A DNA stretch of 64,000 nt from Eledone cirrhosa (Eukaryota): NCBI GenBank assembly GCA_964016885.1, contig OZ024742.1, positions 362,266,001 through 362,330,000 on the forward strand, given 5' to 3'. The notes below the pieces were generated by a model. That model worked only from the letters and a program-made list of their open reading frames with translations. It had not been told where the DNA came from and did no database searches. Below are positions 26,385 to 37,800 of the stretch, one piece after another (position 1 is the first letter of the stretch; the number at the start of each line of letters is the position of its first letter). Both the position numbers and the translations under genes were made by a program.

Positions 26385-27722
26385 ACAATATAAACAGTCT
26401 TATAAATAGATAGATTCGACATACCTTTCAACTTCGACTTCTATTTGAAAAGTTGATTTGGTAGTGAAAAAATATAAAAAGAAAGAAAGAAAAACGAAGA
26501 AAAAGAAGAAATGCATGCAACTAAATAGAGAGAGATAGATATAGAGAGATAGATAGAGAGAAGAAATTCATGTAAAGAAACAGAGAGAGATATATAGAGA
26601 GAGGAAAAAAACACAGAGGGAGATAGATAGAGAGAGAGAGAGAGAAGAGAGGAGAGAGAGAGAGAGAGAAAATATAGAGAGATAGAATAGATAGAGATAG
26701 AGAGAAAGAAAATAGGTAGTTGGGCACCAGTTGAATGACGTATCAATGATATATTTATTTATTTATTTATTTATTTAGCTCTAGTAGAGAGAGATATATG
26801 TGGTTAAGAGAGAAAACAGCCGTTACATAGAGAGAAAAGAAAAATATCCAGACATAAACGAGGCAGATTTAAAACACTATGTTTCATCAATGTAAAAAAT
26901 ATCAATTCGTATAAAACAGGCAATATAATGTAAATATCAGTATTCATGAATGAGACACGTATCAATAATGTGTGAAAAATAATGATCATATGTCTAGTTT
27001 AAAATTCCTAGGTTTATATTAGAGTTGAGATAAAATAGAAGGTTATCCCAGATTTTATACTATATACATCCATGTGAATTTACGTGATCAGCTCTGCAAA
27101 TTCCTATTTCACACGAAAACATTCTCATTGTGCTATAAAAATTCTAGTATAGATATATGTGTACATACACACAAATATATATAGAGTCTACATTAATTTT
27201 AACAATACTATTCATGTCTTTACTCTACATGATTATCGTTCAAGCATAAATAGAGAACAGATATGAATATATCAATAAAAATATCAGAAACAAAAAATAA
27301 ATAAAAAACAAAAAAAATCAAAAAAATATTAAAAATAAAAATATTAAAAATATTAAAAATATTAAAATAAAAATAAAACATAGTATGCCCCGCAAATCAA
27401 CCACAGAGATCAACCCTTCAAAGTTAATTGACAATATATTGCCAAGTTCGTTATAAGCATCAGAATCAAAAGCAAACAAAACCAAAAATTATTTACCAAA
27501 TCCTGTCTAGCAGAAAACATTCCAAAAGTTTAGGATACCCATTTGATCTACAGATGGTCTTATATTTAATATAGAAGTTTATCTAGTGTAAAATTTATTC
27601 GATATATTTGGAGCATCAGCTTTTAGGGTAGTTTAATTATTCATGAAGAATGTTTAAAATAAAAAGGAATCGAAAGATTTATCGGCGAGTTTCATAAATA
27701 ATTATAAATCAAATTAAATATA

Positions 27723-29387
27723 CTACATTTTAAATTTATATTTATATTTAAAAGTTGAGTTCAATCTATGTCTGCAGCAACTGAATACATTTGTCCGTAA
27801 ATTAAGGGAATTTTTAGATTTTAGTATAAAGAATATCTCCTCCGCGCAGAGGTCACATGTCTCAGAGGATGAATTAAAAGGAATCCCTCTTGAGACTATA
27901 TTCCAAGCCGTTGAATATCCAACGTTATCATGCCTAAGTTGCCAGAGTAAGCCTGATAGTGATGTTGAGGATTTTTTGCTTGGATCTGTGAAAGAATTAT
28001 TGTGGTTATTATAGCGAAGTTTAAATTCTGTCGAGGTGGAACCAACATAGTTAAAAGAATTTAAGTCCGTTTTAACATTACAGTTGTATATTATATTTTT
28101 AACTAAGCAATTGTTATTTAACGGACATTTAGATCTATCTCTACAGTTACATTTGTTAACTTGGATATTATTTATGCTATTATCGGTATTTTGGCTAGGT
28201 TTTAAATTCCTATTATTTATTCTATTAATATTTTGTGCTAAATTTTTGGTGGATGAGTAGGTTAATTTTATAGTATGTCTATTGAAAATTGAGTGATACC
28301 TATGTGTTCTAGGGAAGCGATTATCAAGAGCATTAAAAAATAGTTTAGCGATGTGGGTTTTAATGTTTAGTGAGAAAGGGGGGGCAAACCATATTATATT
28401 CCTAGTTCTATTTCTTTTTTGGCTTTTGGAATTATTGTAATGCTTTCTATTATAGTTGTTAAAGTTGTTGCCGTAATTAAAATTGTTGTTATTTTGGTTA
28501 GTTTGTCTATTATTATCTATGTACATAATTTTATCACTATATCCTGCTCTAGCTAACGCTTCATTGTAATACTGGGCTTTTTCGTCGAAAATCTTTTTAT
28601 TAGATGAGATTCTAGAGATACGATTTTGAACAGAGTTTACTATAGTATTTTTAACAGATCTGGGGTGGTTAGAGTTAAAGCTGACATAGTTTAAGTTTTC
28701 ATTCAACTTGTGAAATGGATAGTGAAGACATGTGTTGAGATTTAATGTTACATCTAGGAAATTGACTATTCTATGGTTATTCTCAATTTCTATTTTTAGA
28801 TTAAAGTAATTAAAAAATTGTGTAATTTGTTTTCTTTTTCTATTTAGTTCAGAGTTATTATTTTCAATAAGTAAAAGCATGTCATCTCTATATAAACCTC
28901 CGGTAGCACCGGGTATTTTCCTATGCAGCGAATTGATTAAAAATAGGCCCACAAGGTCAGTTACCTGAGCTGAGTCGGATGATCCCATAGTAATGTCGAA
29001 ATTGTTATCTCTATCTGCTCTGGTCCATAGTTGGTCATTAAATTCTATGAATGTTTTCCTAGCCGATAATATAATGTGCATTTCATTGCTAGTTAGGTCT
29101 GTATGTTTGAATGCGTAATTTAGTGCCTTATTTAGTAGATTAGGGGTAATAGATGAATAATAGTTAGCGATATCTAGTTGAATAAACTTATTATTATTGT
29201 TATATTTAATTTCTTTAAACCACTCAACAACCTCTCCAGTTCCCTTCCACAAGCTCAAGTTAGGTACACAATTCAAGTTTTTAATTTGCTGTATCACCCT
29301 GTCTAGAATGTTTTTGCTTAGTTTACCCAGGTCCGATTTTGATGGTGCAATCAATCTGACTGGCAGGTCATTTTCAAAATTACTTTT
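27723..29387 (-). CDS. Penelope-like reverse transcriptase + GIY-YIG endonuclease, 5'-truncated, probably Nematis clade
   Basis: 543-aa open frame with RLIAPSKSDLG, FIQLDIANYYSSI, FDITMGSSDSAQ, GLYRDD, NFLDVTLNL, SNHP, IIWFAPPFS, CNCR..CPL, IIY..NYVGST, CDLCAEE; homology extends to about 29387 with no ATG start. Confidence 0.92.
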   Translation of the reverse strand, partial: KSNFENDLPVRLIAPSKSDLGKLSKNILDRVIQQIKNLNCVPNLSLWKGTGEVVEWFKEIKYNNNNKFIQLDIANYYSSITPNLLNKALNYAFKHTDLTSNEMHIILSARKTFIEFNDQLWTRADRDNNFDITMGSSDSAQVTDLVGLFLINSLHRKIPGATGGLYRDDMLLLIENNNSELNRKRKQITQFFNYFNLKIEIENNHRIVNFLDVTLNLNTCLHYPFHKLNENLNYVSFNSNHPRSVKNTIVNSVQNRISRISSNKKIFDEKAQYYNEALARAGYSDKIMYIDNNRQTNQNNNNFNYGNNFNNYNRKHYNNSKSQKRNRTRNIIWFAPPFSLNIKTHIAKLFFNALDNRFPRTHRYHSIFNRHTIKLTYSSTKNLAQNINRINNRNLKPSQNTDNSINNIQVNKCNCRDRSKCPLNNNCLVKNIIYNCNVKTDLNSFNYVGSTSTEFKLRYNNHNNSFTDPSKKSSTSLSGLLWQLRHDNVGYSTAWNIVSRGIPFNSSSETCDLCAEEIFFILKSKNSLNLRTNVFSCCRHRLNSTFKYKYKFKM

Positions 29388-29485
29388 TATTTAATATCGT
29401 AAATATACTCCAAATACTTGTTGAGTGCTTTTATATCAGTTATAAATATTTACTCGTTGTTAACCCAACAATTTAAATAAAACTT

Positions 29486-29518
<33 letters not shown>

Positions 29519-29524
<6 letters not shown>

Positions 29525-29875
29525 AAAAAGAGATGAAATCGAAAATGCAACTGGAGTCTTATTTAATTTAGAATTATATATATTTATTTGGTTCCTTTAC
29601 CGGTTTCGCAGTTCTTCTGCTTTTCAAAAGGTGAGTTGAGATGGAGGGTCTGTGGTTTTTCTCAGATGTGAGAAAAACCACAGACCCTCCATCTCAACTA
29701 AACTTTTGAAAAGCAGAAGAACTGCGAAACCGGTAAAGGAACCAAATAAATATATATAATTTTAAAAAAAATAAGACTCCAGTTGCATTTTCGATTTTAT
29801 CTCTTTTTCTTTATACTTTCACTCGTGTAGGACACCTCGGTTATTTTTCATTTTGTAAAAAAACCTCACTTTCTA

Positions 29876-29880
<5 letters not shown>
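29519..29880 (+). mobile_element. Fold-back element with U3-A8 hammerhead
   Basis: Arms 29519-29665/29670-29814; 'ctt TTGAAAA gcag aagaa ctgc GAAA ccgg TA aag' (29703-29738); tail to 29878; (TA)n on both sides. Confidence 0.8.
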
Positions 29881-29962
<82 letters not shown>

Positions 29963-29969
<7 letters not shown>

Positions 29970-31722
29970 AAGTTAAATAAAAGTCAAATGATTAAAATAT
30001 AGCTTCGTTTATTACTGCTATATATATTTCAGTGACAGTCATCTTTGGCTGTAACCTCTTCAGGCAGTTTGAATTAGTATGGTATAGACAAGTACATATG
30101 TTGTTGAGGTGTATAATATTGTCATTACTCTGATATGCCTAGTTCCTTGTTGGGTTGTTATTTCATTGAGGAACTGGAATCATATGAATTCAAACAAACG
30201 AATTTCAGTGTTAAAGGTTCTCTTCTCCTCTCATTGGTCAGTTATTAGAACATTCCTCATTCTAAGTGTTGTTATTGTTGGAGTTAGCTTAAAAAATTGA
30301 TAAAATGGTAGAAGGGACAAGGTGTTAAAGGAGCAAAATAACAAAAAAAGTGTCAAACTTCCTATTGGTCAGTTCTGAGAGCATTCCTCAGTCAGAAGTC
30401 TATATAATTCTTTCTGTGGTGAGGTTCCCTGTAGTGTTTTTGTTTGCCATTGTTCAGTACATTTGACCTCTACCATTATTTTGGTAGTGTTGTTGGTGTT
30501 GTGGTCAGCTTATATCTTGCTGCTGCTAACAATTTAGAAGTATCCAGTGTGTGTTTTTTCTTCATCCCTCCTGCCACCATCTCTCATAGTAGTGTTGGTG
30601 GTGGTGGTGGTGGTGGTGGTGGTGGTGGGGGGGGGGGTGTTCTTCCATGTATATGAAGAAATATAAGGCAATAAATGAAGAAAACAGAAAATAAATAAAT
30701 AATATAATAAAATAATTAATATAATTTGTATAATTTGAAAATGAATAAATAAATAGAGAATAAAGAATAAAGAATAAATGAAAAATTGGTGAAAAAGTAA
30801 TGAAAATGAATATGGAGAAGTGAAAAATAATGTAGGATAAAGTGTGTGTGTGCTATAACCAATCTCAAGGTCAGAAATATGTTGGATAGATTGGTATGAG
30901 GGCAAGATGTTAAGATAAGATAATCAAACTAAATGTGTTTGTGTTATAATCAATCTCAACTTAAAAATAAATATAAGGTGATACAGTGAAGAGGGCAGAA
31001 AACAAATAACAAATTAATAAAGAAAAATCAAGATTTAAAATTGGAACTTGAAAATCAGAAATCTAGTAAATTAAAAAGTGTTTGTGTTATATAGATGTTG
31101 GCCAAATTATAATGGCTGTGTCCGATTCTATCTCTAGGCTATCATGGTGTCTTCTCAGCCTGGGTTGTTCCCTATGGCTTGAGGGGAGTTCACAACCTAG
31201 GGTGTTGTTACTGCCCATATAGCTTGAGGGAGGTCTGGCCGAGAGGTGTTTTCATGTTCTGATGAAGTCCCTATAGCTTGAGGGGAGTTCACATCTTCTT
31301 GCGTTGCTACTGTCCATATATCTTGAGAAAAAAATGTTCTAATAACTGACCAATGAGAGGAGAAGAGGACCTTTGACACTGAAATTCGTTTGTTTGAATT
31401 CATATGATTCCCGTTCCTCAGTGAAATAACAACCCAACAAGGAACTGGGCATATCAGAGTAATGACAATATTATACACCTCAACAACATATGTACTTGTC
31501 TATACCATACTAATTCAAACTGCCTGAAGAGGTCACAGCCAAAGATGGCTGTCACTGAAATATATATAGCAGTAATAAACGAAGCTAAATTTTAATCATT
31601 TGACTTTTATTTAACTTTATTTTACACTACTCCGGAGTAACCAAACCAACCTGCGCACTTCGTCGAGTGCTCCAGCCTGCATACCGAGGTGTTGGTATAC
31701 TACCAACATAAACTAAAAATCT
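29963..31722. mobile_element. PLE-type insertion with about 290-bp inverted pLTR arms and canonical hammerhead
   Basis: Arms 29963-30253/31334-31624; 'actgc CTGAAGA g gtcacagcca aaga tggctgtcac t GAAA tatata TA gcagt' (31519-31573); tail with GAGTGCT at 31665. Confidence 0.85.
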
Positions 31723-31775
31723 CTCTCTCTATATATATATATATACATATATATATGTATATTTATATATTTATA

Positions 31776-31860
<85 letters not shown>

Positions 31861-31871
<11 letters not shown>

Positions 31872-34800
31872 AATATAGACATAGAATATTCGAAAATATT
31901 CTGTATGTTTATAATAAACATTTTGAAGACCTAATCGCTATAGAATAGAATACGTCACGTATTACAATTAGATTCTCGATAAAAGCAAGGGAAGTAATCT
32001 ACGCGTTTCATTCTCGTTAGAAATCATCAGGACTACATATCCAGTGCTTTTATCGAGAATGACACAGCTAGAGACTTATAGAATACTTAGCTGTGTACAG
32101 GAACTGGTTTGAAAGAGCGGTTGCCGGTCCGGCAGAAATTAGAAATTGGAATAAATGCTCTGAAATAGCGATATATATGTGAATATAGACATAGAATATT
32201 CGAAAATATTCTGTATGTTTATAATAAACATTTTGAAGACCTAATCGCTATAGAATAGAATACGTCACGTATTACAATTAGATTCTCGATAAAAGCAAGG
32301 GAAGTAATCTACGCGTTTCATTCTCGTTAGAAATCATCAGGACTACATATCCAGTGCTTTTATCGAGAATGACACAGCTAGAGACTTATAGAATACTTAG
32401 CTGTGTACAGGAACTGGTTTGAAAGAGCGGTTGCCGGTCCGGCAGAAATTAGAAATTGGAATAAATGCTCTGAAATAGCGATATATATGTGAATATAGAC
32501 ATAGAATATTCGAAAATATTCTGTATGTTTATAATAAACATTTTGAAGACCTAATCGCTATAGAATAGAATACGTCACGTATTACAATTAGATTCTCGAT
32601 AAAAGCAAGGGAAGTAATCTACGCGTTTCATTCTCGTTAGAAATCATCAGGACTACATATCCAGTGCTTTTATCGAGAATGACACAGCTAGAGACTTATA
32701 GAATACTTAGCTGTGTACAGGAACTGGTTTGAAAGAGCGGTTGCCGGTCCGGCAGAAATTAGAAATTGGAATAAATGCTCTGAAATAGCGATATATATGT
32801 GAATATAGACATAGAATATTCGAAAATATTCTGTATGTTTATAATAAACATTTTGAAGACCTAATCGCTATAGAATAGAATACGTCACGTATTACAATTA
32901 GATTCTCGATAAAAGCAAGGGAAGTAATCTACGCGTTTCATTCTCGTTAGAAATCATCAGGACTACATATCCAGTGCTTTTATCGAGAATGACACAGCTA
33001 GAGACTTATAGAATACTTAGCTGTGTACAGGAACTGGTTTGAAAGAGCGGTTGCCGGTCCGGCAGAAATTAGAAATTGGAATAAATGCTCTGAAATAGCG
33101 ATATATATGTGAATATAGACATAGAATATTCGAAAATATTCTGTATGTTTATAATAAACATTTTGAAGACCTAATCGCTATAGAATAGAATTCTATAGCG
33201 TATTCTATTCTATAGCGATTAGGTCTTCAAAATGTTTATTATAAACATACAGAATATTTTCGAATATTCTATGTCTATATTCACATATATATCGCTATTT
33301 CAGAGCATTTATTCCAATTTCTAATTTCTGCCGGACCGGCAACCGCTCTTTCAAACCAGTTCCTGTACACAGCTAAGTATTCTATAAGTCTCTAGCTGTG
33401 TCATTCTCGATAAAAGCACTGGATATGTAGTCCTGATGATTTCTAACGAGAATGAAACGCGTAGATTACTTCCCTTGCTTTTATCGAGAATCTAATTGTA
33501 ATACGTGACGTATTCTATTCTATAGCGATTAGGTCTTCAAAATGTTTATTATAAACATACAGAATATTTTCGAATATTCTATGTCTATATTCACATATAT
33601 ATCGCTATTTCAGAGCATTTATTCCAATTTCTAATTTCTGCCGGACCGGCAACCGCTCTTTCAAACCAGTTCCTGTACACAGCTAAGTATTCTATAAGTC
33701 TCTAGCTGTGTCATTCTCGATAAAAGCACTGGATATGTAGTCCTGATGATTTCTAACGAGAATGAAACGCGTAGATTACTTCCCTTGCTTTTATCGAGAA
33801 TCTAATTGTAATACGTGACGTATTCTATTCTATAGCGATTAGGTCTTCAAAATGTTTATTATAAACATACAGAATATTTTCGAATATTCTATGTCTATAT
33901 TCACATATATATCGCTATTTCAGAGCATTTATTCCAATTTCTAATTTCTGCCGGACCGGCAACCGCTCTTTCAAACCAGTTCCTGTACACAGCTAAGTAT
34001 TCTATAAGTCTCTAGCTGTGTCATTCTCGATAAAAGCACTGGATATGTAGTCCTGATGATTTCTAACGAGAATGAAACGCGTAGATTACTTCCCTTGCTT
34101 TTATCGAGAATCTAATTGTAATACGTGACGTATTCTATTCTATAGCGATTAGGTCTTCAAAATGTTTATTATAAACATACAGAATATTTTCGAATATTCT
34201 ATGTCTATATTCACATATATATCGCTATTTCAGAGCATTTATTCCAATTTCTAATTTCTGCCGGACCGGCAACCGCTCTTTCAAACCAGTTCCTGTACAC
34301 AGCTAAGTATTCTATAAGTCTCTAGCTGTGTCATTCTCGATAAAAGCACTGGATATGTAGTCCTGATGATTTCTAACGAGAATGAAACGCGTAGATTACT
34401 TCCCTTGCTTTTATCGAGAATCTAATTGTAATACGTGACGTATTCTATTCTATAGCGATTAGGTCTTCAAAATGTTTATTATAAACATACAGAATATTTT
34501 CGAATATTCTATGTCTATATTCACATATATATCGCTATTTCAGAGCATTTATTCCAATTTCTAATTTCTGCCGGACCGGCAACCGCTCTTTCAAACCAGT
34601 TCCTGTACACAGCTAAGTATTCTATAAGTCTCTAGCTGTGTCATTCTCGATAAAAGCACTGGATATGTAGTCCTGATGATTTCTAACGAGAATGAAACGC
34701 GTAGATTACTTCCCTTGCTTTTATCGAGAATCTAATTGTAATACGTGACGTATTCTATTCTATAGCGATTAGGTCTTCAAAATGTTTATTATAAACATAC

Positions 34801-37800
34801 AGAATATTTTCGAATATTCTATGTCTATATTCACATATATATCGCTATTTCAGAGCATTTATTCCAATTTCTAATTTCTGCCGGACCGGCAACCGCTCTT
34901 TCAAACCAGTTCCTGTACACAGCTAAGTATTCTATAAGTCTCTAGCTGTGTCATTCTCGATAAAAGCACTGGATATGTAGTCCTGATGATTTCTAACGAG
35001 AATGAAACGCGTAGATTACTTCCCTTGCTTTTATCGAGAATCTAATTGTAATACGTGACGTATTCTATTCTATAGCGATTAGGTCTTCAAAATGTTTATT
35101 ATAAACATACAGAATATTTTCGAATATTCTATGTCTATATTCACATATATATCGCTATTTCAGAGCATTTATTCCAATTTCTAATTTCTGCCGGACCGGC
35201 AACCGCTCTTTCAAACCAGTTCCTGTACACAGCTAAGTATTCTATAAGTCTCTAGCTGTGTCATTCTCGATAAAAGCACTGGATATGTAGTCCTGATGAT
35301 TTCTAACGAGAATGAAACGCGTAGATTACTTCCCTTGCTTTTATCGAGAATCTAATTGTAATACGTGACGTATTCTATTCTATAGCGATTAGGTCTTCAA
35401 AATGTTTATTATAAACATAGAGAATATTTTCGAATATTCTATGTCTATATTCACATATATATCGCTATTTCAGAGCATTTATTCCAATTTCTAATTTCTG
35501 CCGGACCGGCAACCGCTCTTTCAAACCAGTTCCTGTACACAGCTAAGTATTCTATAAGTCTCTAGCTGTGTCATTCTCGATAAAAGCACTGGATATGTAG
35601 TCCTGATGATTTCTAACGAGAATGAAACGCGTAGATTACTTCCCTTGCTTTTATCGAGAATCTAATTGTAATACGTGACGTATTCTATTCTATAGCGATT
35701 AGGTCTTCAAAATGTTTATTATAAACATACAGAATATTTTCGAATATTCTATGTCTATATTCACATATATATCGCTATTTCAGAGCATTTATTCCAATTT
35801 CTAATTTCTGCCGGACCGGCAACCGCTCTTTCAAACCAGTTCCTGTACACAGCTAAGTATTCTATAAGTCTCTAGCTGTGTCATTCTCGATAAAAGCACT
35901 GGATATGTAGTCCTGATGATTTCTAACGAGAATGAAACGCGTAGATTACTTCCCTTGCTTTTATCGAGAATCTAATTGTAATACGTGACGTATTCTATTC
36001 TATAGCGATTAGGTCTTCAAAATGTTTATTATAAACATACAGAATATTTTCGAATATTCTATGTCTATATTCACATATATATCGCTATTTCAGAGCATTT
36101 ATTCCAATTTCTAATTTCTGCCGGACCGGCAACCGCTCTTTCAAACCAGTTCCTGTACACAGCTAAGTATTCTATAAGTCTCTAGCTGTGTCATTCTCGA
36201 TAAAAGCACTGGATATGTAGTCCTGATGATTTCTAACGAGAATGAAACGCGTAGATTACTTCCCTTGCTTTTATCGAGAATCTAATTGTAATACGTGACG
36301 TATTCTATTCTATAGCGATTAGGTCTTCAAAATGTTTATTATAAACATACAGAATATTTTCGAATATTCTATGTCTATATTCACATATATATCGCTATTT
36401 CAGAGCATTTATTCCAATTTCTAATTTCTGCCGGACCGGCAACCGCTCTTTCAAACCAGTTCCTGTACACAGCTAAGTATTCTATAAGTCTCTAGCTGTG
36501 TCATTCTCGATAAAAGCACTGGATATGTAGTCCTGATGATTTCTAACGAGAATGAAACGCGTAGATTACTTCCCTTGCTTTTATCGAGAATCTAATTGTA
36601 ATACGTGACGTATTCTATTCTATAGCGATTAGGTCTTCAAAATGTTTATTATAAACATACAGAATATTTTCGAATATTCTATGTCTATATTCACATATAT
36701 ATCGCTATTTCAGAGCATTTATTCCAATTTCTAATTTCTGCCGGACCGGCAACCGCTCTTTCAAACCAGTTCCTGTACACAGCTAAGTATTCTATAAGTC
36801 TCTAGCTGTGTCATTCTCGATAAAAGCACTGGATATGTAGTCCTGATGATTTCTAACGAGAATGAAACGCGTAGATTACTTCCCTTGCTTTTATCGAGAA
36901 TCTAATTGTAATACGTGACGTATTCTATTCTATAGCGATTAGGTCTTCAAAATGTTTATTATAAACATACAGAATATTTTCGAATATTCTATGTCTATAT
37001 TCACATATATATCGCTATTTCAGAGCATTTATTCCAATTTCTAATTTCTGCCGGACCGGCAACCGCTCTTTCAAACCAGTTCCTGTACACAGCTAAGTAT
37101 TCTATAAGTCTCTAGCTGTGTCATTCTCGATAAAAGCACTGGATATGTAGTCCTGATGATTTCTAACGAGAATGAAACGCGTAGATTACTTCCCTTGCTT
37201 TTATCGAGAATCTAATTGTAATACGTGACGTATTCTATTCTATAGCGATTAGGTCTTCAAAATGTTTATTATAAACATACAGAATATTTTCGAATATTCT
37301 ATGTCTATATTCACATATATATCGCTATTTCAGAGCATTTATTCCAATTTCTAATTTCTGCCGGACCGGCAACCGCTCTTTCAAACCAGTTCCTGTACAC
37401 AGCTAAGTATTCTATAAGTCTCTAGCTGTGTCATTCTCGATAAAAGCACTGGATATGTAGTCCTGATGATTTCTAACGAGAATGAAACGCGTAGATTACT
37501 TCCCTTGCTTTTATCGAGAATCTAATTGTAATACGTGACGTATTCTATTCTATAGCGATTAGGTCTTCAAAATGTTTATTATAAACATACAGAATATTTT
37601 CGAATATTCTATGTCTATATTCACATATATATCGCTATTTCAGAGCATTTATTCCAATTTCTAATTTCTGCCGGACCGGCAACCGCTCTTTCAAACCAGT
37701 TCCTGTACACAGCTAAGTATTCTATAAGTCTCTAGCTGTGTCATTCTCGATAAAAGCACTGGATATGTAGTCCTGATGATTTCTAACGAGAATGAAACGC

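Larger units (their letters stand above)
26278..29490 (-). mobile_element. 5'-truncated Penelope-like element with 3' hammerhead and inverted tail
   Basis: (TA)n on both sides; 16-bp inverted repeat 26277-26292/29386-29401; hammerhead at 26321-26384; RT-EN ORF; tail 29402-29490 with GAGTGCT. Confidence 0.75.

Noticed and set aside
31921-31970. Second, opposite-polarity hammerhead in the 310-bp unit (TTGAAGA...GAAT)
   Set aside because: No GAAA, a U3-G8 mismatch and no convincing stems I/II, so no support for ambisense viroid-like replication
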